From Ranitomeya imitator (lineage: Eukaryota): DNA of 64,000 nucleotides. The position numbers and the translations under genes are program-made. The notes beneath the pieces are model-generated. The model was not told the DNA's origin. It was given only the letters and a program-made list of their open reading frames with translations, and did not search any database. The stretch is taken from contig NC_091283.1 of NCBI RefSeq assembly GCF_032444005.1, forward strand, positions 612,374,001 to 612,438,000, given 5' to 3'. Numbering within the stretch: the stretch's first letter is position 1; every line of letters starts with the position of its first letter. Shown here piece after piece: positions 13,929 through 26,526 of the stretch.

Positions 13929-15892
13929 TCAAAAGAACCTGTCCCCAGGTCAAAAGTGGCCAATTTTTTTGCCCCTATTTAATTCCCGCTGCTCCCCTGA
14001 GTATTCTATTTTGATTAAATCCGCCATATGGTTCTGGAGATTTGGGCCTTTTAATTAAGTTCTAATTTTTCTGGTCTTGTCATTATGGTAAATACATTCC
14101 AAGGAATCCTGTGTGCACAATACCCCTGTAAAGACCAGAAAAAGTAGCACGATATATAAAGGCCCATATCTCTAATACTGAATGGCAGACTTAAAAGAAA
14201 AAAAACAAACTGGCCACTAATCACCTGGTAACAGGTCCTCTTTACAGGACACCTACACATAATTGTTTATTTTCAACTGTGTGATGGGGCGCTGAAGCCT
14301 ACAGATTGGTGGGGTCTGGGTCCTGAGACCCCCACCATTTGCTCAGAACATGTCTCATAAGCTCACATTGAGACAGTACTCTACTCTATGAACTCTCAAG
14401 GAAGAGCAAGACATTCCTGCTTCTTCAGCAGCTCTCATCCAACAATCAGACAAGTGTTTCAAACGAATAATTGAGACCCCCACTAATCTGCAAAAAAGGA
14501 AAAAGAAAGGTTATGTACTCTTTCACAGGTCAAGTGCTGGTCAGCATGGAAATCCATGTAGAAATCTCAGGTCCCATAGACTTTGGCTGTAACATTCTAC
14601 ACACTGGTGGCAGTGGGATACAGACATTCTCCATTTACATGGGTTGCCCTAACTTGAGAAGAGGTACATTTGTTTTCCAGGATGGTAGAGATCTTCCACC
14701 TGTCTGAAGGGACCAGCATGTAACAATAAACACTACCCACGTTTCACTTCAAAGGCCCTGGTTACACGGAATTTTCAGGGGATTTGTCCCATTTTCAGTA
14801 GATGTATTCTCTAGTCGCTTTCTGTCCCTCAATCTGTATGAGTATTTCAAGAGTAGATGAATGACGAGATATGTTTATTTACTGCACATGCTGTCCTTGC
14901 GAGTGGCTTCAATAACTATATATTGCAATGCAATCTTCTTCCTTCCGCCCTCATCTTTACTTACTTAAGGTTTATTCCAGCCATGTTACGTTTGTACAAT
15001 GAAAAGGTTTTCCATTGTTGCCATATATTTCCTGTGCATATAATCCATTTCCTGCCTTACTGTCATTCAGTAGGAATCTTTTTTATTTTTTTTTCTCCCA
15101 GTGGATGTCTGCGCTGGTAATGTGATGAATACTTAGCTGCAGGACTGGTTACAATTACATAGATGAGAACAGTGACTTGTGCTCACTATCCCGAGACTAC
15201 GGCCAATTCCCTCATCATAAAGATGTCCAAGACCGAAAAACGTAGGATGGTGTCAGTTTATCTTTTTGCTGGATCAAATAACTAACAAACAATTCAAGCA
15301 GAATTCATTGCTCTCATCTATTTCTGACCTGGGATATTAGAATGAATATATCCTTTGGATGGCTGTTCCTGTTGTTCGAACAGCATTGCTGGCTTTGTTT
15401 TTCACATTGGTTAGTATTAGTTATCAAAGCGCTCATACTGTCACGAGCCATTTACCTGCATGTCCAGGACAGATCTTTATGGAATGACAACAAGCAGAGC
15501 ACTTAAAACCGTGAACAATTAGTGTAAAAGCTACTGTATATTGTAAAATAATAGAACTTTATTATCCAAAACATTTGTAGAGATGAGCAAGTTGATTTGC
15601 AGGACCCTACAGTCTATGGTCACCAGAAGAAAACCCTGTGTACCTCCTCCTACCTGTCAGCATTCCTACCATGTCTTCTGATTAGTAGGCCTGGCTGTAC
15701 ATTGTGTGTTTCTCACCGCAATGATAGCATCGGGCCGGGACTAAAGATCAGAAAAGGTGCTCGGGGATGTTGGTAGAAGGTGTATTGCAGGGTTCCAATC
15801 CGGAGTACTGATGATTCTGCTTTAGATTGTTACAAACTATATTGTATACACAACCTGATATTTGCTCTTTGTTTTGTCATCTCACCCCCCAG

Positions 15893-15944
15893 GCCCAGCT
15901 TTTTCCTGCTGCTGTTGTTCATTTTGGGTCACCAAAACAGAAAG
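15893..15944 (+). CDS. ASPSCR1: ASPSCR1/TUG coding exon (52 nt)
   Basis: CAG|...|GTACGA. Encodes AQLFPAAVVHFGSPKQK, matching human ANLFPAALVHLGAEEPA (end of the UBX domain). Ends in phase 1. Confidence 0.88.
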
Positions 15945-16198
15945 GTACGATCTTATGCACAACCAATGTATTCTGTCATGAAATGTGTTTTGCCGTAATG
16001 TATAAACGGTAAGTTACAATACGCTGTTTCCTGACATGTGCTGTCACTCTCAGACAATCCTATTATTGCACTACTCCTTTCACATGTCGCCATGTCATCA
16101 GTCTGCGTGGAGCATTGTCCATTACTTCCCACAAGGTCATGAAATAATCTCTGATTATGTAGGGTGTTGCTTTTTTCAGCCTCTGATCCTCTGTTTAA

Positions 16199-17628
16199 CC
16201 CCTTAATGACCGCCTATATGCATTAAAACGGCGTCCGCTAAGGGTACTTATTCCCTCATTGCCGTTTTAAAACAGCGACCGGGAATAACGCTGTAGCACC
16301 CCACAGAATCAGAAAATCTCCGAGGTCTTGCCTACCGGGAGATCATCACACGATTGCTATTATGCAGTAAATAACGGCTATCAGAACCCCCCCCCCCCAA
16401 AAAAAATTATGTCCACTGTTAGTTTTTTTTCTGTCTTCTGACATGATATACATGTCAGAGGAGAGAAAAATTATGGCCCCTGAGACCCACGCAATCTCCA
16501 GGCCCTCCTGATCCATCCCTGGCCATCCGCGTCATCTTCTTGAAAAAAAAAAATGGGCATACGCAGTATAAACCTGAGCACCCGATGCAAACTGGAGTTG
16601 TGAGCACTTGCGTTCAACACTAATGACAACGCATTCAATATGACGACCTAATGTTATCAAATTCTGCGCCGTACATAAGAGATCAAAATCCTCACTATAC
16701 CCCTGGATAAAATCCTTGAGGGATGTGGTTTCCAAAATGGGGTTACTTGTGGGGGGTTTCCACTGTTTATGTACATCAGGGGCTCTTCAAACGTGACATG
16801 GCGTCCGCCAGTTGTTCCAGCAAATGTTACATTCAAAAAGTGAAATGGCGCTCCTTCCCTTCCGAGCTCTGTTGTGCGCCCAAACGGATTTCTACCACAA
16901 ATAAGGTATTTGCGTGATCAGGAGAAATTGCACAACAAATTTTGTGGTCCATTTTCTCCTGTTACCCTTGTGAAAAAAAATAAAAAATTGGGCCTAAAAT
17001 ACATTTTTTTGTGAAGAAAATTAAATGTTCATTTTTTTCCCCATCAACATTGCTTCAGTTCTCCTGAAGTAACTCAAGGGTTAATAAACAATTTGAATGT
17101 GGTTTTGAACACCTTGAGGGGTGCAGATTTTAGAATGGTGTCACTTTTGGGTATTTTCTGTCATATAGACCCCTCAAAGTCACTTCAAATGTGATGTGGT
17201 CCCTAAAAAAAAAAAAGGAATGGTTTTGTACATTTGGTTGAAAAAATTAGAAATTGCTGGTCAACCTTTCACCCTTCTAACTTACTATCAAAAAAAGATT
17301 GTTTCAAAAATTGTGCTGATGTAAAGTAGACATGTGGGAAATGTTATTTATTAACTATGTTGTGTAACGAGGCATAGAAATTAAAAGTTTGAAAATTGCA
17401 ACATTTTCTAAATTTTTGCCTAAATTCCATTTTTTCCCACATATAAACGCAAGTCATATCGAATACATTTTACCACTATCATGAAGTACAATATGTGACG
17501 AAACAACACTCAGAATCAGTGGAATCCTCTCAAGCATTCCATATTTATTACCACATAAAATGAAACTGATCAGAATTGTAAAATTTGGTGAGGTCATTAA
17601 GCTCAAAATTGGCTTGATTACTAAGGGG
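16199..17628. mobile_element. piggyBac-like non-autonomous element
   Basis: TTAA|CCCCTTAATGAC...TTACTAAGGGG|TTAA. Confidence 0.8.
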
Positions 17629-17753
17629 TTAAAATGGGAGTGCCATGAAATATAAGTTTACAGCATATGTCCTATGAAGGCGTGAACATCATGGGAGGGG
17701 GACCTCTGTTTTAGACATCCCCCTCTGAGCTAGATAAGAGAGCTGCTTTGTAA

Positions 17754-17949
17754 GGCCGGGATCACACATGCGAGAAACACATCCGTGTCTCACATGTGAA
17801 ATCCCTTCTCTGGCGCCGGCACTCCAGAGCGGAGCGTGCGGCTGCATAGCAACACATGGAGCCGCACGCTCCACTCTGGAGTGCCGGTGCCATAGCTTGG
17901 ATTTCACATGCGAGACACTGACGTCTTTCTCGCATGTGTGATCCCGGCC
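17754..17949. mobile_element. PIF/Harbinger-like MITE
   Basis: TAA|GGCCGGGATCACACATGCGAGA...TCTCGCATGTGTGATCCCGGCC|TGA. Confidence 0.8.
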
Positions 17950-18189
17950 TGAGAGCGTTTCTCATTCTGGAAAACTCAAAATGTCTTTGTATTATAATGA
18001 CAGACCTCCATCTGAATAGTAGCCATGTAATTGTACATTTTGCCTGCAGTTGCTTCTGCATGCATTATCTTTCAGTAGCCTTAGCATCTGTAAGTGAAAA
18101 AAAGTAAAAAAAAAAAGTTTGTGCTAGAACCCGGCCGCTGCTTCTCGAAAGTCGTCTCCAATAAAATATCACAAACTGCCCTACCCTCT

Positions 18190-18372
18190 CCTAGTGTTTC
18201 ATCACCCATCCCCTGCAGACTGTGAGCCCTCGTGGGCAGGGTCCTCCCTCCTTATGTACCCGTGTGCCTTATTTGCTCATGTTTAATGTACTTGTCTATA
18301 TTTGCCCCGTATTCACATGTAAAGCGCCATGGAATAAATGGTGCTATAAAAATGTATAATAATAATAATACT
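18190..18372 (+). mobile_element. L2-type LINE 3' end
   Basis: GACTGTGAGCCCTC...GTAAAGCGCCATGGAATAAATGGTGCTATA followed by an (AAT)n tail. Confidence 0.65.
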
Positions 18373-18662
18373 ACAGCCTCTTACATCACACACTCAATAG
18401 AACACTAACACAAGTGAACAGGGGGGTTGTTTATTCAAAATAATTTCCCAAAATGCAAACTGTAAAGCACTACAGAATATGTTAGCGCTATCTAAAATAA
18501 AGATTATTATTATATTCTCACACCCATGTACAGTACAGACCAAAAGTTTGGACACACCTTCTCATTTAAAGATTTTTCTGTATTTTCAGGACTATGAAAA
18601 TTGTTAATTCACGCTGAAGGCATCAAAACTATGAATTAACACATGTGGAATTATATACTTAA

Positions 18663-19563
18663 AGGGAACCTGTCACCCCATTTTTTCAGTAGGAGATAAA
18701 AATACCGTTAAATAGGGCCTGAGCTGTGCTTTACAATAGGGTATTTTTTGTCCCCTGATTCCCTACCTATGCTGCCGAAATACCTTACAAAAGTGTCCTT
18801 TTTCGCCTGTCAATCAGGCTGGTCAGGTCAGATGGGCGTGGTCACAGCGCTGTTTCTCCCCCACATCTTGCTTATGTTCCCGTTGGTGGCGTAGTGCTTC
18901 TCGCATGCGCAAGTGCCGAATGCACTGCGCAGCTGTAGAAAAAGAGCGCGCTCGCCGCTATTCAGCGGTTTCTCGGTGGGCGCGGCCATCTTCCTGAGGC
19001 CGCGCTTGCGCAGATGGAGTCTCCTGCTTCCCGGGGCTTCAGGAAAATGGCCGCGGGATGCCGCGCGTGCGCAGATGGACATCGCGGCGGCCATTTTCCT
19101 GAAGCCGAGTTCGAATCTCGGCTTCAGGAAAATGGCCGCCGCGATGTCCATCTGCGCACGCGCGGCATCCCACGGCCATTTTCCTGAAGCCCCGGGAAGC
19201 AGGAGACTCCATCTGCGCACGCGCGGCCTCAGGAAGATGGCCGCGCCCACCGAGAAACCGCTGAATAGCGGCGAGTGCGCTCTTTTTCTACAGCTGCGCA
19301 GTGCATTCGGCACTTGCGCATGCGAGAAGCACTACGCCACCAACGGAAGCATAAGCAAGATGTGGGGGAGAAACAACGCTGTGACCACGCCCATCTGACC
19401 TGACCAGCCTGATTGACAGGCGAAAAATGCCACTTTTGTAAGGTATTTCGGCAGCATAGGTAGGGAATCAGGGGACAAAAAATACCCTATTGTAAAGCAC
19501 AGCTCAGGCCCTATTTAACGGTATTTTTATCTCCTACTGAAAAAACGAGGTGACAGGTTCCCT
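18663..19563. mobile_element. Fold-back Kolobok/T2 MITE (901 bp palindrome) inserted in the Tc1 left TIR
   Basis: TTAA duplicated at 18659-18662 and 19564-19567, whereas the right Tc1 TIR has a single TTAA at the equivalent site. Centre at about 19113. Confidence 0.93.
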
Positions 19564-20969
19564 TTAACAAAAAAGTGTGAAACAACTGAAAATATGTCTT
19601 ATATTCTAGGTTCTTCAAAGTAGCCACCTTTTGCTTTGATGATTGCTTTGCACACTCTTGGCATTCTCTTGATGAGCTTCAAGAGGTAGTCGCCGGGAAT
19701 GGTTTTCGCTTCACAGGTGTGCCCTGTCAGGTTTAATAAGTTGGATTTCTTGCCTTATAAATTGGGTTGGGACCATCAGTTGTGTTGTGCAGAAGTCTGG
19801 TGGATACACAGCTGATGAATAGACTGTTAAAATTTGTACTATGGCAAGAAAAAAGCAGCTAAGTAAAGAAAAATGAATGGCCATCATTACTTTAAGAAAT
19901 GAAGGTCAGTCAGTCCGAAAAATTGGGAAAACTTTCAAAGTGTCCCCAAGTGCAGTGGCAAAAACCATCAAGTGCTACAAAGAAACTGGCTCACATGAGG
20001 ACCGCCCCAGGAAAGGAAGACAAAGAGTCACCTCTGCTTCTGAGGATAAGTTTATCCAAGTCACCAGCCTCAGAAATCGCAGGTTTAGAGCAGCTCAAAT
20101 TAGAGACCAGGTCAATGCCACGCAGAGTTCTAGCAGCAGACACATCTCTACAACAACTGTTAAGAGGAGACTGTGCAGCAGGCCTTCATGGTAAAATAGC
20201 TGCTAGGAAACCACTGCTATGGACAGGCAACAAGCAGAAGAGACTTGTTTGGGCTAAAGAACACAAGTGTAACAACTCTGCTGGCATCACGGCATGGCCT
20301 CACATCTCTCACACAATCTTACCCACTGCTCCAGGCCATGATGTGGTTTCTGTTTCATGCCAGCTCCATGTTCTGTGTGTCTGCTCTGTGCATGCTTCAT
20401 GGCTATGTGTGTAGGGGGCCGGCGCCTGAACTCTCTGGTTCTTATAGGAATCAGGTGCATCTGTCTAATCAGTTCCTGACCAATTACCTAGAGGCCTCCT
20501 GTATATAGTGCAGCTCCACCCTGTGGTCTGGGCCTGTGCAACTTACTCCCTCAGTCAGTTCTTAGCTGCTGAGGTGCCAGGTCCTGTCTCGGTTACTCTC
20601 TCTTGTCTGCCACCCAGGGGGGCGTTGTACCCTGGTCTTAGTCCTGTGTAGCCACCCAGTGGGGCTTAGTACCCTGGCCTTTGTCTATGTCTCTGTCTCT
20701 TGTCTCGTTCCTGACTGTCTTAGTCTAGTCCTATTCCACTGTCTGTTTATATCTGTCTTGGTTTGCCTTTTCTGCTCTGTTCGCCACTGTCTGTGCTCTG
20801 CTTCTCTTTGCTCAGTTCTACCACAACCTGTGCTTCTGTGTCTCTCAGCTTTTCCCTCAGCTCTGCTCTCTGTAACCTTGCTCTGCACTCTGACCTTGCT
20901 TTACTCTCTGTGGCTTTGCTCTCTGCTCTGCACTCTGACCTTGCTTCACACTCTGTGGCTTTGCTCTGT

Positions 20970-21200
20970 GGCTCCGCCTCCAGCATCTCCGCTCTTGGCT
21001 CCGCCTCCAGCTTCTCCGCTCTTGGCTCCGCCTCCAGCGTCTCCGCTCTTGGCTCCGCCTCCAGCCTCTCCGCTCTTGGCTCTGCCTCCAGCCTCTCCGC
21101 TCTTGGCTCCGCCTCCAGCGTCTCCGCCTTCAGCGTCTCCGCTCTTGGCTCCGCCTCCAGCGTCTCCGCTCTTGGCTCCGCCTCCAGCGTCTCTGCTCCT
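20970..21200. repeat. 27-bp tandem repeat (GGCTCCGCCTCCAGCGTCTCCGCTCTT), about 8 copies
   Basis: Directly visible; explains the LLAPPPASP-type ORFs. Confidence 0.85.
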
Positions 21201-21536
21201 GGCTCCGCCTCTTGCGGCTCCATCCTTGGCTTTGCCTTCTCCTTCTCTTAGTTCCACCTTCTACTTGTACTCAGCCTCCTGCGTTTCTGTTCTTGGTTCT
21301 AGCTCTTGTGCTTTCGCTCTGCATCCGCTCTTGCGGTCTTTCTCTACTTGTTACTTAGTCCTCCTGTCTGAACAGGTTCCTACCTGTTTCACATACCTGC
21401 CTGCAGACCGATCCCTACCGGTTCTTCCTATGTTCCAGCCGTACCTGCCTGCCTACCAGAGAGCCAGTCGTGTCCGCCTGCCCACCAGTGTCTGTTGTAC
21501 CCGTCTGCCTGCCTGTGTCCCAGCCGTGCCCGCCTG

Positions 21537-22349
21537 TGTTGTGAATTCTGTGGCAGAGCTCCCTCCTGTGGTCACAAGTGGTACTTCGGCTGATTCTCTC
21601 TGTGAGCTTCCGTTGGTGGAGGAAAGTTGTACTGCGGCTTCTGAGTTTCCTTCCTCAGGTGATGTGGTGAAGTCGTTAGGTGCTGCTCTATTTAACTCCA
21701 CCTAGTGCTTTGATCCTGGCCTCCAGTCAATGTTCTAGTATTGGACCTGTTTCCTCCTGGATCGTTCCTGTGGCCTGCTGCTCTGCATAGCTAAGTTCTG
21801 CTTTGCTATTTTGTTTGCTGTTTTTTTCTGTCCAGCTTGTCTATTTGTTTTTTCTTGCTTGCTGGAAGCTCTGGGAAGCAGAGGGTGTACCTCCGTGCCG
21901 TTAGTTCGGTATGGAGGGTCTTTTTGCCCCCTTTGCGTGGTTTTTGTAGGGTTTTGTGTTGACCGCAAAGTTATCTTTCCTATCCTCGCTCTGTTCAGAA
22001 AGTCGGGCCTCGCTTTGCTAAATCTATTTCATCTTTACGTTTGTCTTTTCATCTTAACTCACAGTCATTATATGTGGGGGCTGCCTTTTCCTTTGGGGTA
22101 TTTCTCTGAGGCAAGATAGGCTTATTTTCTATCTTCAGGCTAGCTAGTTTCTCAGGCTGTGCCGAGTTGCATAGGGAGCGTTAGGCGCAATCCACGGCTG
22201 CCTCTAGTGTGGTTGGAGAGGATTAGGGATTGCGGTCAGCAGAGTTCCCACGTCTCAGAGCTCGTTCTATGTTTTTGGGTTATTGTCAGGTCACTGTATG
22301 TGCTCTGATCTCTATGTCCATTGTGGTACTGAATTACCTTATCATAACA
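21537..22349 (+). mobile_element. Solo LTR (813 bp)
   Basis: TGTTGTGA...TCATAACA inverted termini with a 6-bp TSD CGCCTG (21531-21536, 22350-22355). Related to 29074-29866. Confidence 0.88.
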
Positions 22350-24080
22350 CGCCTGTCAGCCAGTGTGCCAGCCGTGCCCGCTCCGTTCCTTAGTGGGATC
22401 AGCAGCCACAGCCAGACATCACCCTGGAGTGGCACCTGGTTGCTTCCTATTGCATAAGTCTGACCTCACCATCAGAGGTTCCAGCGAACACCTAGGAAGC
22501 TACTTAGTTACGCCCCTTCCAGGGAAGTTTGGTCTGTGGTCCAGTGGGGCCACACCCTCATATGCCCGCGCCAACCAGTCTGGGCGCGTGCGTGACAACA
22601 AGGAATGGACATTAGACCAGTGGAAATCTGTGCTTTGGTCTGATGAGTCCAAATTTGAGATCTTTGGTTCCAACCACCGTGTCTTTGTGTGACGCAGAAA
22701 AGGTGAACGGATGGACTCTACATGCCTGGTTCCCACCGTGAAGCTTGGAGGAGGGAGTGTGATGGTGTGGGGGGTGCTTTGCTGGTTACACTGTTGGGGA
22801 TTTATTCAAAATTGAAGGCATACTGAACCAGCATGGCTTCCACAGCATCTTGCAGCGGCATGCTATTCCATCCGGTTTGCGTTTATTTGGATCATCATTT
22901 ATTTTTCAACAGGACAATGGTCCCAAACACACCTCCTGGCTGTGTAAGGGCTATTTGACCAAGAAAGGAGAGTGATGGGGTGCTACACCAGATGACCTGG
23001 CCTCCAGTCACCAGACCTGAACCCAATCGAGATGGTTTGGGGTGAGCTGGACTGCAGAGTGAAGGCAAAAGGGCCAACAAGTGCTAAGCATCTCTGGGAA
23101 CTCCTTCAAGATTGTTGGAAGACCATTCCCGTTGACTGCCCCTTGAAGCTCATCAATAGAATGCCAAGAGTGTGCAAAAAAGTAATCAAAGGAAAAGGTG
23201 GCTACTTTGAAGAACCTAGAATATAAGACATAATTTCAGTTGTTTCACACTTTTTTGTTAAATATATAATTCCACATGTGTTAATTCATAGTTTTGATGC
23301 CTTCAGTGTGAATGTACAATTTTCATAGTCATGAAAATACAGAAAAATCTTTAAATGAGAAGGTGTGTCCAAACTTTTGGTCTGTACTGTACATTATAAA
23401 CCTGTCAGTATGGGCAGTTAGCTACCTATCAAATGAGTCTACAGCAGTGATCCCAAAATCTTTTTTACCGGAAGAGCCACATTTGGCTCTGAGAGGGTCA
23501 CGAGACACATCCAGAGCCCCTCGAATACCGTTCCTCAGCTACTGCTCTCCCCTCCCTCAAAGTAGTGACACCCGGAGCCCCTATTATCGGTATGATAGCT
23601 AAAGCCTCCCCACAGAAATCACACTGAGGCCGTATACTTGCATCTAGGACTTCCCATTGTAACCTCATTTGGTATTCTAGCATCATCAGCACTCTATCTT
23701 GCAATATCATCCTATGTCCAGCTTATAACTTAATGTATCTCTCCAACTCCAAGGCCAGTATATAAGCATCAAGATCTGCTTTTCTAAGTTGGCCTACTCA
23801 CAAAAGTCACTATCTGGAGTCTCGCTCTTCTGTTTGCTAGATCTGGTGCTAATGCACCAAGCTGGCAGACAGCCGCAAGCCACACATGATGGTCCCGTGA
23901 GTCACAAGTTACGGATCCCTGATCTATAGGGACCTAGTAATATTGTAGATGACTTGTGTAACATCTTACTAGCTCCTGGCCAATCAAATCCCCCACATTA
24001 TGGCTTCACATTATCTCTACATGTACAAAAATAACGGGAACGTTTTATTATTTACATACATCTCCCTTTTCACTTTACAG

Positions 24081-24150
24081 AACAATTCCTGCGGCAAAAC
24101 TTTGTGAATGAAGCAATATCTCTTTCTCAGGCTGACATTATCATTGCCAG
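24081..24150 (+). CDS. ASPSCR1: ASPSCR1 coding exon (70 nt)
   Basis: TTTACAG|...|GTAACT. Encodes EQFLRQNFVNEAISLSQADIIIAR versus human GVYLEPGLLEHAISPSAADVLVAR. Phases 1/2 fit the neighbouring exons. Confidence 0.88.
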
Positions 24151-24233
24151 GTAACTGAGGCTTTAAATTAATGTAGAAGGGCACAACGTGTTGCTGTCCA
24201 CTTGTCCTCAGTGATGACGTTCTACCTTGCCAG

Positions 24234-24412
24234 GGCCATGCCACGTATCCCAGCTGTGTCAGCAGCACCTGTGATGGAGGAGTATCTGGACAATGGCTCA
24301 CAGGCAGCTCACAGAGCACCGGAGAATTATGAAGAGCTGTCAGGAATCCCTGATTCTCATCAGCAAGTTCAAAGGGATCACGGCAAAGTACCCAAGTGGT
24401 TGAAACTGCCAG
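24234..24412 (+). CDS. ASPSCR1: ASPSCR1 penultimate coding exon (179 nt)
   Basis: CCAG|...|GTAATG. Ends RDHGKVPKWLKLP, matching the human C-terminal GKVPKWLKLP. Confidence 0.9.
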
Positions 24413-24527
24413 GTAATGAGTGCACATAGCTGAGCCCCACGTGGTCTGGGTTTAGGCTATAGATTACGCTTCCTGAATGTACCTTCTACATTCACATGCT
24501 AATTGCTGATGCTTCTGATTTCCTCAG

Positions 24528-24538
24528 GAAAGAACTGA
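24528..24538 (+). CDS. ASPSCR1: ASPSCR1 terminal coding exon (G-K-N-stop)
   Basis: TTTCCTCAG|GA AAG AAC TGA, in phase with the previous exon. Confidence 0.75.
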
Positions 24539-26526
24539 GTGACGTTCCTCTTTACAGGAGTCTGAGGCATTAAACCGTCTGGTTACCAGTTATTTGGAGT
24601 TCTTTCTGCGGTTGAACGTTCTGCATTGATTGGTTGATAGGATCTCGCAAGTTCCTAAGGTTGAACTGACACAGATGTAATTGTACTACATGCGCGTCAC
24701 GTCTTGCTTCAGCAGTGCTGAAATAAGTGCGCACAAGGAAAGTTGTTTGCATCATTAAATTAAACAAATTAAAGTTTTTTTTGCTATGCCTTTTCCCCCC
24801 GTTATTTTTCTGTTACACACAACGTTAACCTTTGCTTACAGCATGTGAGCCAGTGCCGTGAATCCGGTAGTTTGACATTTGGTATGATGTGACGACTCTT
24901 GTCTAGATTGATGGTAATGTTCTGTAAGTGGGAAAAAAAACAAACAAAAAAAACTTTTAATGGATGAACATGTCCTTTTGGAAGCTGTTTTCTAGCTGCC
25001 TTGGATAATGATCCAAAATGATGCCTCCGACAGCACAACACAGCCTTGTGTTAACGATGCAGGAGACTACTTAAAATGTCCAAATGTCTTTGAAGTCAGC
25101 TACTTGGCTCTGATCTCTTTCCACTTCACCATATTGACTTTGCTAATTACTCATCCTCCAACAACAAGGAACCCAAGCTGAAAAGGTCCTTTTTACCTCG
25201 AGTTTGTCTGTACTCCCTGTTTCCTCCACCCCGTGCTTTCCTTGGCTGGTGCTTTTCCTGGGTTGAAATTGTCCTTTGTTGGCACGGCTTCCTCAGTGAG
25301 GTTGCGTCTGAGCCACACATGAGATGCCGGAGCTGATAAAAGGGACAATCTTTGGCATTTATAAAAAGCTAGGAATAAAATGCACTCAGTGTTCCTCATA
25401 ATATTTTGCGTCACCTCGTTCTACAACTACACAATTTTCTTTTCTCTGATGAAGCATGGAAAACAGACCTGAATATATAACGACACTCCTGGTCTTTGTG
25501 TGCTCAGATGTCATTAATTGTGACTGCTCCGACACCAAAGTGCATATGGAAAGTTAATTAAGGACCTGCACCTTTCCACTGGCGACTGTCACTTGTCCCC
25601 TCCCTACCCACACACTTTAATATCAATTGACCAAGCATCAAAGCAACACCTGTCTTTGTCTCTAGTCAGGGAATGTTTTCCTTCATGCCTAATGATTTCC
25701 AAATGCTTAAAGTAGAGGGGGTGGGTTGACAGCGGAGTTAAAGAGGAGCTATAGTTTTAGCAGACGCAAAGGGACCGCTTGGTATTTAGAGAGATTGAGT
25801 TTAAAGAGAATTTAGGGGATGTTTTAGAAAAGGGGAAAGAAAACTTTTGGGAGGTTTGCTGCACAGAGAGGAGTCACTCTGTCTGAAGGACTCAGTCTGT
25901 TTTCGGAAGTGTTTCTCAAGATGCTCATGAAAAAGTTTCCCAATTTGCTCCATAAATTTCTTTGAAGAGTGGCCAAAATTGCAAATGACGAGCAGTATGT
26001 TCTCAGAGATGAGATAAGCAACTTGTGATCCGGCTGCAGATTCATCAGAAGAGAATGAATACATGTGGTTGGATTGAGAATTTCTGTGCTTATTCTGTAA
26101 GTGGGATCTGTGGTGACAGCCAAAGAAGGCTTAGAAATGAATTTTCTAATAATTTCTTCAGTTGATATTTCCTATCAAGTTAGGAACCCAGGTTAACCTT
26201 TTCTCGGTTACATCTGGGAAAGCTGGGTGACGTTCTAATTAGGTAGAGCTCAAAAGTTAAGAAATTAGACTATATAGTTTCATTATTACTAACGAGACTT
26301 TATGAAAAATGTGAAGTATTATTCAAAGAAAACATTCTTACAACTCATATTGGTGGGGTCTCATTCCTGAAAGACAAGCTGAGAAGAAAGATGTTATCAC
26401 ATACCTAAGTAACATTGCTAGCCAACAATGTGTGAAGCTAGGTGATATCCGTTATAAAAGGCTAGGCATAAAGCTTTCTTTACATTGGGCAAATAGGGTT
26501 TTACAACTTATTTGAGTAGGGTTTAA

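Larger units (their letters stand above)
20268..22597. mobile_element. LTR-retrotransposon-derived insert (solo-LTR-like, about 1.5 kb net) in the Tc1 transposase
   Basis: TGTAAC...GTGACA termini with a 5-bp TSD ACAAG (20263-20267, 22598-22602). Removing it restores the AKEHKEWTLDQ frame. Confidence 0.88.
18531..23389 (+). mobile_element. Tc1 transposon interrupted by nested insertions
   Basis: TA|CAGTACAGACCAAAAGTTTGGACACACC...GGTGTGTCCAAACTTTTGGTCTGTACTG|TA with TIRs of about 200 bp. A decayed transposase starts at ATG 19841 (MARKKQLSKEK*MAIITLRNEG...) and resumes at 22603 (EWTLDQWKSVLWSDESKFE). Confidence 0.93.

Noticed and set aside
14880-14970. AVLASGFNNYILQ as a possible upstream ASPSCR1 UBX exon
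   Set aside because: Only YILQ resembles the expected VLFPDRYVLQGFFRP and there are no fitting splice sites. No earlier ASPSCR1 exon was found in 1-15892, so it is probably outside the window.
18828-19398. Two nearly identical 161-aa ORFs on opposite strands
   Set aside because: Mirror images produced by the 901-bp palindromic MITE; no transposase motifs.
20659-21705. 348-aa Leu/Pro-rich ORF and overlapping Ala/Ser/Glu-rich ORFs
   Set aside because: Low-complexity CT-rich LTR sequence with a 27-bp tandem repeat; the ORF runs across a nested LTR boundary at 21537.
25801-26123. Two overlapping minus-strand ORFs (87 and 99 aa) as a stand-alone gene
   Set aside because: No recognisable homology or decisive donor; retained only as a possible upstream exon of the antisense candidate.
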